Part shown: one piece after another, positions 1 to 8,124 of the stretch
Layout: every line of letters starts with the position of its first letter
How positions within the stretch are numbered: position 1 is the stretch's first letter
Source: Puniceicoccales bacterium
GTDB lineage: Bacteria; Verrucomicrobiota; Verrucomicrobiia; Opitutales; JAIRLM01
Direction: 5' to 3'
Assembly: GCA_031268315.1 (NCBI GenBank)
Contig: JAIRXK010000028.1
Coordinates: forward strand, 1-32,000
Length of the DNA: 32,000 bases
Translations under genes and position numbers: made by a program
Notes under the pieces: generated by a model
Database searches by the model: none
What the model saw: the letters and a program-made list of their open reading frames with translations, nothing else
What the model was told of the DNA's origin: nothing

Positions 1-390
1 CCACGCCATCCCTAGGGGCCGGCCTAAAAATTCCGTTCCATAGGGCCCATTGCTCCGCCGAGCCGCTCTGCGGCAGGGAATTTCATAAAATCTTCGACTG
101 CTTTACCGGGGGATGCCCATGCAGTGCCATCATTCTCCGTTGTCCGGCCGTATCCATGGAATGTGGCCGGCGCCGCGGATGAATTGGCTGGCGCTTCCTC
201 GCTTTCCTCGGGACATGCCGCGGCTCTACCCGTGCGCGGAATGTGCATGGCGCGCCCAAGGCGTGGAAACCCTACGCGGGCATATGGCGAAAATTGGCAT
301 TTGCATGGGAGCACCTCTGCCGGCGCGGGCTGCTGTGGGATGGATTGCATTTTTGGGAAAATCTATCATCAAATGATGAATGATTACCCC
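1..390. other. GC-rich non-coding island; candidate structured RNA (identity unresolved)
   Basis: The region is visibly GC-richer than the rest of the window. The overlapping ORFs (24..350-, 113..376+, 124..429+) translate to Pro/Arg/Ala/Gly/Cys-rich strings with no recognisable domain. Several GC stems are present, e.g. CCGGCCGTAT (144-153) / ATGTGGCCGG (161-170) with a 7-nt loop. Confidence 0.3.
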
Positions 391-467
391 GCGTTTGGGC
401 CTCTGCCAAAGCGGCAATTGCCATTGTAATACTGGCAGTTAATCTTGGATTTTGAACTATGCGATCG
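391..467 (+). repeat. 77-bp repeat element, copy 1 (inverted partner at 13984..14061)
   Basis: The reverse complement of 391-467 aligns without gaps to 13984-14061. By hand count 68 of 77 positions are identical. The shared core is ATTGCCGCTTTGGCAGAGGCC. Confidence 0.85.
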
Positions 468-643
468 GGGTAATTAAAATTTGAAAAAATTCAGAAGAAG
501 ATTTTTTTAATTTCAAATCTGGGATTCGGCTAAGGCAGTGATTTCGATTGAAACATTAGCAATTAACCTTAAATTTTAAATGATGCAACCGATCGAATTT
601 TATGTATTGCGAACCATTGACTGCCGCACGAATATTGGAAAAT

Positions 644-1540
644 CTAGTGGGTAGAGGGAAGTTTAACATAGGCACGACCAGGAACAGTGAGATCAATCTT
701 TTGCAGTGGCAATTGATGTCGCCTACTTGCTTCCGCAAGAATATATTCTAATTTTTCAAATTGCTGCAGATACGCATCGTTTCGAAATAAAATGCTGCAT
801 ACATCATCGCCGTGAACCTCAATGAATGGCAACCGATTCATTAAATTATAAGCATCCTCATCGATGCGAATGCTACTCCATTTCTGAGCAATTAGTGGAA
901 TGCGCTTCCTAGCCAACGTCAAAAATCGTTCTAAATCCTTCACGTATGGAATGTGATCGCCGCAGATAACGCGACGGAGATCGACGGTGCCATCCAATAG
1001 GAGAATGGATTCAAATTCATCCTTCCCAGGGCCGACTCTTTCAAAAACATAGCCGCTTCCATCGACAAAATAGTAACCCTGATTATTCTCACGGCGAACT
1101 TTAAGTATGGGAATGCGCTCTCGCAATTGGATGCGCAGGGTGGACGGATAAATTCGTTCCACTTCAACTTCGCAGATTTGTGATGCCCGCAGGAGCGCAT
1201 TGCGGCAATATTTGACATCGATACTATCTAGGTCCGTTTGCTTTTGGAGGTGCAATATGCGTAGCACCCAATTTCGGTCCAACGTGCCATTTGTGAAAAA
1301 TTCAATGCGCTGCACTTGATGAGGTATCCCCAAATATTTTTTTGACCCTGGCGAGATGTTGGATCCGACGAAAAACCACAGAAAAGATACAGCCAACAGA
1401 GAAAAAAAGAGGATGCCAATACTTCCCTTTTTTGGCGTCTTTTTCACTCCAGTTCGTGACTTGGATACTTTTTTTAATTTTTTCGAACTACGCAATGGCT
1501 TGGATGTCCTTGAATTGCTTTTTCTGCCCTTTGCCGTCAT
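644..1540 (-). CDS. ftsQ: cell division protein FtsQ (POTRA domain)
   Basis: 298-aa ORF. It has a Lys/Ser-rich N-terminal tail, one hydrophobic helix (GILFFSLLAVSFLWFFVG), then a POTRA-like segment (IEFFTNGTLDRNWVLRIL...YPSTLRIQLRERIPILKV). Its ATG overlaps the ddl stop in an ATGA junction at 1537-1540, the classic ddl-ftsQ order. Confidence 0.8.
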   Translation of the reverse strand: MTAKGRKSNSRTSKPLRSSKKLKKVSKSRTGVKKTPKKGSIGILFFSLLAVSFLWFFVGSNISPGSKKYLGIPHQVQRIEFFTNGTLDRNWVLRILHLQKQTDLDSIDVKYCRNALLRASQICEVEVERIYPSTLRIQLRERIPILKVRRENNQGYYFVDGSGYVFERVGPGKDEFESILLLDGTVDLRRVICGDHIPYVKDLERFLTLARKRIPLIAQKWSSIRIDEDAYNLMNRLPFIEVHGDDVCSILFRNDAYLQQFEKLEYILAEASRRHQLPLQKIDLTVPGRAYVKLPSTH

Positions 1541-2523
1541 TGGGATATCAGCCTAGCTAAGGCAGGACTGACGATTTTGCAAACTAAATCTTCCACCTTC
1601 ATGCCGGCCCCAATGGCGCTGTCTGGGTAAAAACTTGTTTTCGTAAATCCAGGAATGGTGTTAATCTCTAAGAAATAAATTTGCTGTGCCGGGCCGAGGA
1701 TGAAGTCAATGCGCGCCCAATCCTTGCAATTGCAGGCGGAAAAAATCGTACGAGATAATTGAAAAATTCGATCTCTCAATCCATCTTCCAGCGGCGCCGG
1801 AAAAATGTGTTGCACGTGGCCAACGCAGTATTTTGCCCGATAATCAAGAAACTCTCCTCGCGGAATTGCGAGTACGATGGAAAGCGGATTCCCATGAAGC
1901 ACTCCGATGGTCAAATCTTTTCCTTCGCCCAATGGTTCAAGCATCCATTGGCCGCTGAAGATGGGTCGGACCCATTTATTCCATTCGGCTTCGCAGCAAA
2001 TTTTATGGCAATGAATGCTACTGCCTTTATTACGCGGCTTTAGAAAGAGTGCATCCGTTGCAAGTTCTGAGCAGACTTTCTTGAAGGAAAACCTTTTGTG
2101 TTCATCTTTCTCAAATAAAACCTCGGGAAAGACTGGGATGGAAAAATTTTGCAGCCACTCCTTCGTTTTGCTCTTATCGACGGTTAGCTGCATCGCCTTG
2201 GGTCCGCTCCCTATGTAGACATAGTCGCCACGGTCCAACATAACTTGCAGCTGACCATCTTCACCAAAATCTCCATGAACCATGGGGAAAATAAGAGATC
2301 TTTTATGATCAATTCCATCGGGTAATTCATTGTGTGCCAATTCAATCAGTCGCACGGAATAATTTTTTGACAGATATTTTTCCATGTTCCGTCCGGAACG
2401 TAGAGATACTTCCCTTTCTCCGCTGATGGCTCCGCTGAGAATTACAATTTCAAAGGGCGAGTGTAAGATTTTGTCCACGCCCACGGCACCACTGCTGCTA
2501 TGCAAATACATCCTTTCAATCAT
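1537..2523 (-). CDS. ddl: D-alanine--D-alanine ligase
   Basis: 328-aa ORF with an ATP-grasp layout and typical Ddl motifs (GEREVSLRSG near the N-terminus, HGDFGEDGQLQ, FLEINTIPGFTKTSFYP near the C-terminus). It is translationally coupled to ftsQ. Confidence 0.9.
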   Translation of the reverse strand: MIERMYLHSSSGAVGVDKILHSPFEIVILSGAISGEREVSLRSGRNMEKYLSKNYSVRLIELAHNELPDGIDHKRSLIFPMVHGDFGEDGQLQVMLDRGDYVYIGSGPKAMQLTVDKSKTKEWLQNFSIPVFPEVLFEKDEHKRFSFKKVCSELATDALFLKPRNKGSSIHCHKICCEAEWNKWVRPIFSGQWMLEPLGEGKDLTIGVLHGNPLSIVLAIPRGEFLDYRAKYCVGHVQHIFPAPLEDGLRDRIFQLSRTIFSACNCKDWARIDFILGPAQQIYFLEINTIPGFTKTSFYPDSAIGAGMKVEDLVCKIVSPALARLISQ

Positions 2524-2887
2524 TTTCTCTCAGACTGTGGCAAGAATGCAATCTAATAGAAAATTTTGTAATTTTTATCAGATTAGGGCGAATGCTTTTG
2601 ATTATTTTTTTATCAATGATTGTCGCCAATTGGACTGTGCAGGCAAGCCCCTCAATGGCAGGATGCTACCATTGAAAATTTCCTATGCGCCTTAAACGCA
2701 ATAGCTTACAAATAGTTACGAATTCACTTACTGGCCGTTGAACCTGAAATATGGTTCTACTTTAAATGGAATGAAATTTCGCAAGTGGCTCGCTGATACG
2801 GAGTTTCCGATCGCAAAAAAAAGATGGTTTCGCTATGACGAGATGACAAAGCATCGAAAGTATATTCGATATTTTTTCAAAAAGCAG

Positions 2888-2916
2888 TTGACAACGGCAC
2901 TTGAAATACATTAAAT
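2888..2916 (+). promoter_or_regulatory. candidate sigma-70 promoter upstream of rsmH
   Basis: TTGACA (2888-2893), a 17-nt spacer, then TTAAAT (2911-2916), in the ddl/rsmH divergent intergenic region. Confidence 0.4.
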
Positions 2917-3080
2917 CATAGCGTTAGCGTTTGATTATGTGCGTAAATTTTCATCCTAAGTCATTCTTGGCCGACTTTCAACCCGTCGTAGGTCTTTGGG
3001 CAAGAGATCTTTCGCGTATAAAAAAGAAGCTGGACATTTTTGGGGAAGTTTATCATTTGCAGTGGAACCATAGTTCGGCC

Positions 3081-4016
3081 ATGCAACAAACAACACATAT
3101 TCCCATATTTCTCGATGAAGTTATTGGCAGTTTTCGCCTCACGGCGGGACGCACTTTTCTCGACGGCACCCTGGGAGGATGCGGCCATGCGGCGGCAATA
3201 CTTCAGGCGTTCCCCATGGCCCGTCTCTGGGCCATGGATGTGGATCCCGCGGCCATTGAAAGAGGGAAAAATCTTTTACCGGCGGATCGTGCAACGATTA
3301 TTCACGGTAATTTTTCTAACCTAGACCAATTGGATCGGAAAAATTTTGACGGAATTTTGTTGGACATAGGAGTTTCTTCGGACCAATTAGATACTCCGGA
3401 ACGGGGATTTTCTTTTCGCAGCGATGGGCCATTAGACATGCGCATGGATCCATCCCAGGGTATAAGTGCGTCTCAATTTCTAAAAACGGCAACGAGAGAA
3501 GAGCTTATCCATGCAATACGCGACTTCGGCGAAGAACCTTGCTGGAGGCGAGTGGTTGATGCCATTGTCGATGCGCGAAAGACGCCGCATACTCTAGAAC
3601 GAACGACATCATTTGCCAATCTGATGTGCCGTGTACTGCCATCAAATTATCGCAGCAAGGTTAGCCCCGTTACTCGAACATTTCAGGGAATTCGCATTGC
3701 AATCAATGGAGAGCTCAGTGCCCTGGAATATGCCCTACCTAAGGCGTTTGCCGCGCTTAATCCGTGTGGAGTCATTGCCATTTTGACCTTTCATTCCTTG
3801 GAAGATCGCATCGTTAAGCAGCATTTTCGCAACTGGGCCGGTATGTCCATCGATCGCCACGACGGACGCAGTCAGCAGGACCGATTTTCCCACGGGCGCA
3901 TTCTGACGCCGAAGCCCATCGTTCCGTCGCGGCACGAATTGAATCTAAATCCGCGCAGTCGCTCGGCCAAGCTTCGTCTATTTCAAAAAAAAGTGGAGGA
4001 TGTGGATAGAAAATGA
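3081..4016 (+). CDS. rsmH: 16S rRNA (cytosine1402-N4)-methyltransferase RsmH/MraW
   Basis: MQQTTHIPIFLDEVI...LDGTLGGCGHAAAIL...DIGVSSDQLD...RGFSFRSDGPLDMRMD matches RsmH from its canonical N-terminus. The track ORF starts at 2931 (TTG), but the extra 50 aa have no RsmH counterpart, so the ATG at 3081 is preferred. Confidence 0.9.
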   Translation: MQQTTHIPIFLDEVIGSFRLTAGRTFLDGTLGGCGHAAAILQAFPMARLWAMDVDPAAIERGKNLLPADRATIIHGNFSNLDQLDRKNFDGILLDIGVSSDQLDTPERGFSFRSDGPLDMRMDPSQGISASQFLKTATREELIHAIRDFGEEPCWRRVVDAIVDARKTPHTLERTTSFANLMCRVLPSNYRSKVSPVTRTFQGIRIAINGELSALEYALPKAFAALNPCGVIAILTFHSLEDRIVKQHFRNWAGMSIDRHDGRSQQDRFSHGRILTPKPIVPSRHELNLNPRSRSAKLRLFQKKVEDVDRK

Positions 4017-4396
4017 AACTCCGCCAATTCAGATTTCCATTTAGCCTCAGCGGTCGCATTTTTTGGCTTGTCACTGCGGTGCTATTTTTGGGAAATTGGA
4101 TTGGCTGTGCATTTACCCACGTGTGGTATCGGCAAAAAATTTTTTCAGTTGGCCGCGAAATTCGCACCATTGAGGCGGAAGCAACTCTTCTAGGCCGAAA
4201 AAATGCCGATTTGAGGGCAAAAATTGCACAAATCCACAGCCCATCAATCCTTAAAAGCTACGCGCTGGAAAATTTTCATGAACCCAGTTTGAACAGTTAT
4301 ATGCGTGTGTCCCAAGAAGATATTCGCGGTTTTCAGCAGCGCATGGCACAGTCAGCCGAAGAAATTCCAGCGCATGGTAAAAAGCACCTGCGCTGA
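4013..4396 (+). CDS. ftsL: FtsL-like small bitopic cell division protein
   Basis: 127 aa with a single N-terminal TM helix (IFWLVTAVLFLGNWIGCAF) followed by a short coiled coil (REIRTIEAEATLLGRKNADLRAKIAQI). The ATGA overlap with the rsmH stop puts it in the conserved ftsL position. The call rests on architecture and synteny, not sequence identity. Confidence 0.6.
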   Translation: MKLRQFRFPFSLSGRIFWLVTAVLFLGNWIGCAFTHVWYRQKIFSVGREIRTIEAEATLLGRKNADLRAKIAQIHSPSILKSYALENFHEPSLNSYMRVSQEDIRGFQQRMAQSAEEIPAHGKKHLR

Positions 4397-4426
4397 CATT
4401 GGAAAATTTAATGTGTCTGGTCCATA

Positions 4427-5479
4427 CTACTGTACGTTGCCGTTATTCGACAGCTCCGCGCATTTTTTTTCCAAGGCATCCACACGGTGAAAAAGCTTTG
4501 GAATGTGCCTACGTAATACATAAAAGCGATTAATTTCGCCAATGGGCATTGCCGGTGTTCCACGGACGGTACAGTGGGGCTCAATATCGCTTGAAATACC
4601 GCTCTGTGCGGCAACTAGAACTCCATCTCCAATGGAAATATGCCCGGCGATGCCTGCCTGCCCAGCAAGTACCACATAATTTCCGATGGTAGAACTGCCG
4701 GCAATGCCTGTCTGCGCCACGATGATGCATCCTTGTCCAATGTGTACATTATGCCCAATTTGAACCAAATTATCAATTTTCGTTCCTTGCCCAATGCGCG
4801 TTTCTGCAAAGCGGGCGCGATCTATGGTAACATTGGCGCCAATTTCTACGTCATCTTCGATGATTACCTGGCCGATGTGGGCGAGTTTTTGATGAACCCC
4901 GCCGACGGTTTCGTAGCCGAAGCCATCTGAACCGATGACGCTACCACTATGAATGATAACCCTTTCACCGATTTCACTGAACGAGTAAAGGGTTACCCTG
5001 GGCTGCAGGAGGCCATGGGCGGCAATTTTGCAGCAATTGCCAATGTAGCAGTGGGCCCCAATGGAGACATTCTCTCCAATGACAACGCCTTCCTCAATGA
5101 CGCAAAATGGTCCAACGGAAGCGGTTCGATGAACCTGCGCTTCGCCGTCGACAATTGCGGTGGGATGAATTCCCGAAGGGCATTTTTTTTCGCGGCAGTG
5201 TTCGATAACTTTGCAAATTTTCGCCAGGGCCAGCGATGGATTTTCGATGAAAAAATAAACCTGATTGTCCCTGGGTTTACCTTCAAAATTGAGTGGAACG
5301 AGAATGAGAGATGCCTGTGACGATGCCACCAGTGACGTATATTTTCCGTTTCCTAAAAATGAAATATTACCTCTTTCAGCGCATTCCAGCGAAGCAATTT
5401 CGCCCAGTTCCCCAGAAAACGATCCCTCAATGCGGATCGGGCTCAGCAGTTCAATTAACTCTTCCGTTAAAAAATGCAT
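4427..5479 (-). CDS. lpxD: UDP-3-O-acylglucosamine N-acyltransferase
   Basis: 350 aa. It has the LpxD-type N-terminal domain ([24 protein letters not shown]), then a long left-handed beta-helix of hexapeptide repeats ([14 protein letters not shown]..., [10 protein letters not shown]..., [22 protein letters not shown]). Confidence 0.88.
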   Translation of the reverse strand: MHFLTEELIELLSPIRIEGSFSGELGEIASLECAERGNISFLGNGKYTSLVASSQASLILVPLNFEGKPRDNQVYFFIENPSLALAKICKVIEHCREKKCPSGIHPTAIVDGEAQVHRTASVGPFCVIEEGVVIGENVSIGAHCYIGNCCKIAAHGLLQPRVTLYSFSEIGERVIIHSGSVIGSDGFGYETVGGVHQKLAHIGQVIIEDDVEIGANVTIDRARFAETRIGQGTKIDNLVQIGHNVHIGQGCIIVAQTGIAGSSTIGNYVVLAGQAGIAGHISIGDGVLVAAQSGISSDIEPHCTVRGTPAMPIGEINRFYVLRRHIPKLFHRVDALEKKCAELSNNGNVQ

Positions 5480-5582
5480 AGATGTACACTAGGAAACGGT
5501 GTGGCGCTTACAAAATGATCCCATTGGCACACTTCCAAAATCCAACGTCTAGGTCGAAGCGCCCTGCGAGTCGAAGGGAAGC

Positions 5583-5840
5583 CTAGGCGAAAATGAGAGA
5601 GGAAAGTGCCGATTTAGCGCGGCGGGCCTTATTTGCGTGAATAATACCGCGTTTCACGGCCTTATCCAGAGCAGAAACGTAGGCAATGGCTGCCGATTTT
5701 TCATCGGAACTATTCTCGCCTGTTCCACGCACCCTCACTTTTTTTGCGAGGGTTTTTAGCTGCGACTTAGCCGCCTGATTTCGCATTGTCCGCTTTGCAA
5801 TTCTGCGGATATCTTTCTTTGAAGATTTAAGATTAGCCAT
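5583..5840 (-). CDS. rpsT: 30S ribosomal protein S20
   Basis: 85 aa, very basic. MANLKSSKKDIRRIAKRTMRNQAAKSQLKTLAKKV is the typical S20 N-terminus. Confidence 0.92.
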   Translation of the reverse strand: MANLKSSKKDIRRIAKRTMRNQAAKSQLKTLAKKVRVRGTGENSSDEKSAAIAYVSALDKAVKRGIIHANKARRAKSALSSLIFA

Positions 5841-5951
5841 GGTATTTCACTCCGTGATGGGGCAGTGGAAATTTCTTTTCAGAGCAAGTCAACTTTTTTT
5901 TTAAATTTTATTCGAAAATTTGCCATTGTCGTGAAAATTCCAAAAATTTTT

Positions 5952-5981
5952 CTAAAAAATGGCCGCCGAAAAAACGGCGGC
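5952..5981 (-). terminator. rho-independent terminator after module 1
   Basis: Minus strand reads GCCGCCG-TTTTTT-CGGCGGC followed by CATTTTTTAG. The stem is at 5962-5968 / 5975-5981, downstream of the stop at 6145. Confidence 0.6.
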
Positions 5982-6144
5982 AAAAAAAATCAGCGGCCGC
6001 GCGGGTCAAGTGGCGCCACTGCTTGATAAAAAGTTTTCGATACTGAGAGCATTTGCAGTGCCACCTTTCCATCGCCTTTTTTTTTGATTCAACGGTTGGC
6101 ACGCCAAATTTTAAAAAAGCGAAGAATGCTTGCTGCAAGTATTT

Positions 6145-7158
6145 TTATTTTCCGAATAAGCGTTGAAAAAAATTTCTTTCCGATGCTTGCCTTTTCATTT
6201 CCGCCGCTTCTGCCTCTGCTTGGCGTATTATTTCTTCCGCACGATGTTTTGATTGCCTTTCCATTTCCGCTAAATTGAGTTGTGCCTGTCGGATTCTTTC
6301 AGCGTTCTCCACGCGGCCACGCTCAAGACGAGCTTTGGCTTGCTGACATTCCTCTCTGACGGCAATCAATTCTGGCCGATCGGACGGTGCATACTTTGGC
6401 CAAGTTTTTTCCCATGGCCAACGATTTTTTGCATGGGTTGATTTCCATGGGCTCGGCTCAAATAGAACCAATGACGTCTCTTCCATAAATTTTTCCCATT
6501 CCTCTGCGATGTCGATGTCCTCACTTATGTGAATAATATCATCAAAGCGTGTATTCTCTGGCAATGTTCCCGATCGTATGCCTTCTGCCTCCGTTTTAAT
6601 TTTATCAATTTTGGCAGCAACCTCACCTTCAATCTTAGCAATTTTTGCGGCGGTTTTAGCTTTGCATCTAGCTAGACTCTCCTCCGATCTTTCCCTCGCA
6701 TCGGCACTTTCTTTGTCAATTTGATCGTAGCGGCGAATAAACTCCACTTCATCCTGAGTCATCGGTATGACGCTTCTGCGGGTCGCAGGATCCGCTATTC
6801 TCCTCATTCTTTCCTCCTGTTGTTTGTGAACTTCAGGTAGCGCATAGTGTACGTTACGCCGGACAATATCTTCGGCTTCACTAAAGGAGTGACCTTGCTT
6901 TTCCGCATCCATAAGCCACTTTCTAATTGGCATTTGCAATTCCGGATACCACAGCAACCACCCAATAATACGACACCTTCTCATATCATCGTCGGCCGAG
7001 TTATAGTTGTCATAGGGAGTTCGATTTTGCGAAGATTGCGGATTTTTTCCCGCTGCTGCATTTTCCGCCTGTGGTTCGCGATATTGTACTGGACAATTGA
7101 TGCCCGTTTTTCCTGAAGCATTCATCTGTAATTTCCTTAGTATTTTTTTATTCATCAT
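6145..7158 (-). CDS. hypothetical coiled-coil protein B1 (paralog of 10605..12350); MinD-like amphipathic C-terminal tail
   Basis: 337 aa from the ATGATG at 7158/7155, which overlaps the stop of the upstream gene. The track start at 7263 would overlap that gene by 115 nt. No signal peptide. A conserved YPE...P-x-TR-x-x-(I/V)-P block is shared with B2. The Glu/Arg/Ala-rich coiled coil ends in ...ERNFFQRLFGK. Confidence 0.8.
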   Translation of the reverse strand: MMNKKILRKLQMNASGKTGINCPVQYREPQAENAAAGKNPQSSQNRTPYDNYNSADDDMRRCRIIGWLLWYPELQMPIRKWLMDAEKQGHSFSEAEDIVRRNVHYALPEVHKQQEERMRRIADPATRRSVIPMTQDEVEFIRRYDQIDKESADARERSEESLARCKAKTAAKIAKIEGEVAAKIDKIKTEAEGIRSGTLPENTRFDDIIHISEDIDIAEEWEKFMEETSLVLFEPSPWKSTHAKNRWPWEKTWPKYAPSDRPELIAVREECQQAKARLERGRVENAERIRQAQLNLAEMERQSKHRAEEIIRQAEAEAAEMKRQASERNFFQRLFGK

Positions 7159-7708
7159 CACTGCTAATTCCGACAAAGACCCTTCCGAACCAACTTTGTG
7201 TGTCATATTTCGCTTGTCTCCGCAGCGTTGCAGCCCTAACGTTTGCCAGCATAGCTTCTGCATCTGCTTTAGCCTGTGCTATTGAGTTTCTTGCGTTAAT
7301 TTCAGCATTTGTCAATGCGATTTTTGCGGCGAATTCCGCATTAATCAGCCTTTCGTTTGCCCTTCCACAAGCAAGACTTACCTCATCAAATTTTTCCTCC
7401 TGCTTCATAACCGCTGCTATCGCATCCAACAAAGCGTTCCATATGGTGCATCGGCTTTCCTCATCCTTGGCAGCCAACCATACAGATGCGTACATTCCTA
7501 TGGTGGCTGCAGAGGCTGAGCGGCAATTTCCTACGGATTCGAGGAGAGATACCAGTGGTTGAATTTCTTTCAATTGATTAGACACCGCCATGTATTGCTC
7601 CGAAAAAACATTAGGAACATTCGGCCCCATTGCTTTAATCGCTTCGAATAGATCGGATTTCTCCTTTTGCAGATCAGCTGCATAAGTTTTAAGTGAAAAT
7701 ATAGACAT
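7148..7708 (-). CDS. hypothetical coiled-coil protein A1 (motif-level paralog of 12378..13835)
   Basis: 186 aa from the ATG at 7708, preceded by AAGGAG 6 nt upstream. The N-terminal ~110 aa are followed by an Ala-rich coiled coil. The C-terminus reads ...SWFGRVFVGISSDDE. No signal peptide. Confidence 0.8.
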   Translation of the reverse strand: MSIFSLKTYAADLQKEKSDLFEAIKAMGPNVPNVFSEQYMAVSNQLKEIQPLVSLLESVGNCRSASAATIGMYASVWLAAKDEESRCTIWNALLDAIAAVMKQEEKFDEVSLACGRANERLINAEFAAKIALTNAEINARNSIAQAKADAEAMLANVRAATLRRQAKYDTQSWFGRVFVGISSDDE

Positions 7709-8124
7709 ATAAGCTCCTTTACCTTGCGATTTGATTAATTTCTGCACTGCGCAGGAATTACCATCGTCGCTGTCTCACTCAACAGAAATTCTTTTAAGAA
7801 AGCACGCACTTTCTGTTTTTTTACAAAAAAAGAACAAATTCAAAAATTCTTCATTGGCTATTGCTAGAAAGCTGTTTTTTACTGATTAATTACACAAAAT
7901 AATTTGGTGATTTTTTGTTTGCGATGGATCCGGTCGCGTCGGCTACTTGCCCCAGAAAATTAGCGGATTTTTGCCATTGCCAAACGCCAAGTAATTGGGT
8001 TAGATTGAGCGAACTGTGAAATATTTCATAGCATTTACTGGACAGCAAGGCTCAAGTGACAACGGCAATTTTGACGATGCATTGAATGAGTCGTCTACCA
8101 TGGAGTTAGAGATGTGAAAATTTA

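Noticed and set aside
1-430. RNase P RNA, tmRNA, SRP RNA, 5S rRNA or glmS ribozyme in the GC-rich island; also the three overlapping ORFs there
   Set aside because: I could not find the hallmark strings on either strand. GAGGAAAGUCCGGGC and ACAGAA..CGGCUUA (RNase P) are absent. A GGGG...UUCGAC 5' end and a T-arm/CCA end (tmRNA) are absent. GGAAGCAGCC (SRP) is absent. An AGCGCCAG string on the minus strand recalls the glmS 5' end, but the conserved GACGAGGA core is absent. The ORFs overlap each other in three frames and look like GC-composition artefacts.
2931-3080. N-terminal 50-aa extension of rsmH from the TTG at 2931, or a hidden mraZ
   Set aside because: The extension has no counterpart in RsmH and does not resemble MraZ. 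The RsmH alignment begins exactly at the ATG at 3081. A 47-codon basic ORF at about 2771-2914 lacks any support.
5908-6138. 76-aa minus-strand ORF between rpsT and B1
   Set aside because: It spans the terminator hairpin at 5962-5981 and A/T homopolymer runs. The peptide is low-complexity, with no ribosome-binding site and no recognisable motif.
6145-7263. Full 372-aa version of B1 starting at 7263
   Set aside because: It would overlap the upstream gene A1 by 115 nt in another frame. The ATGATG at 7158/7155, overlapping the A1 stop, is a more typical coupled start. The exact start remains unverified.
7961-8040. Possible third, degenerate copy of the 77-bp repeat upstream of cca (TTGCCATTG...AAGTAATTGGG...GAACTGTG)
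   Set aside because: It shows only roughly 60 percent identity, needs gaps, and lies in AT-rich DNA. That is too weak to call by eye. It should be re-tested with a proper alignment.
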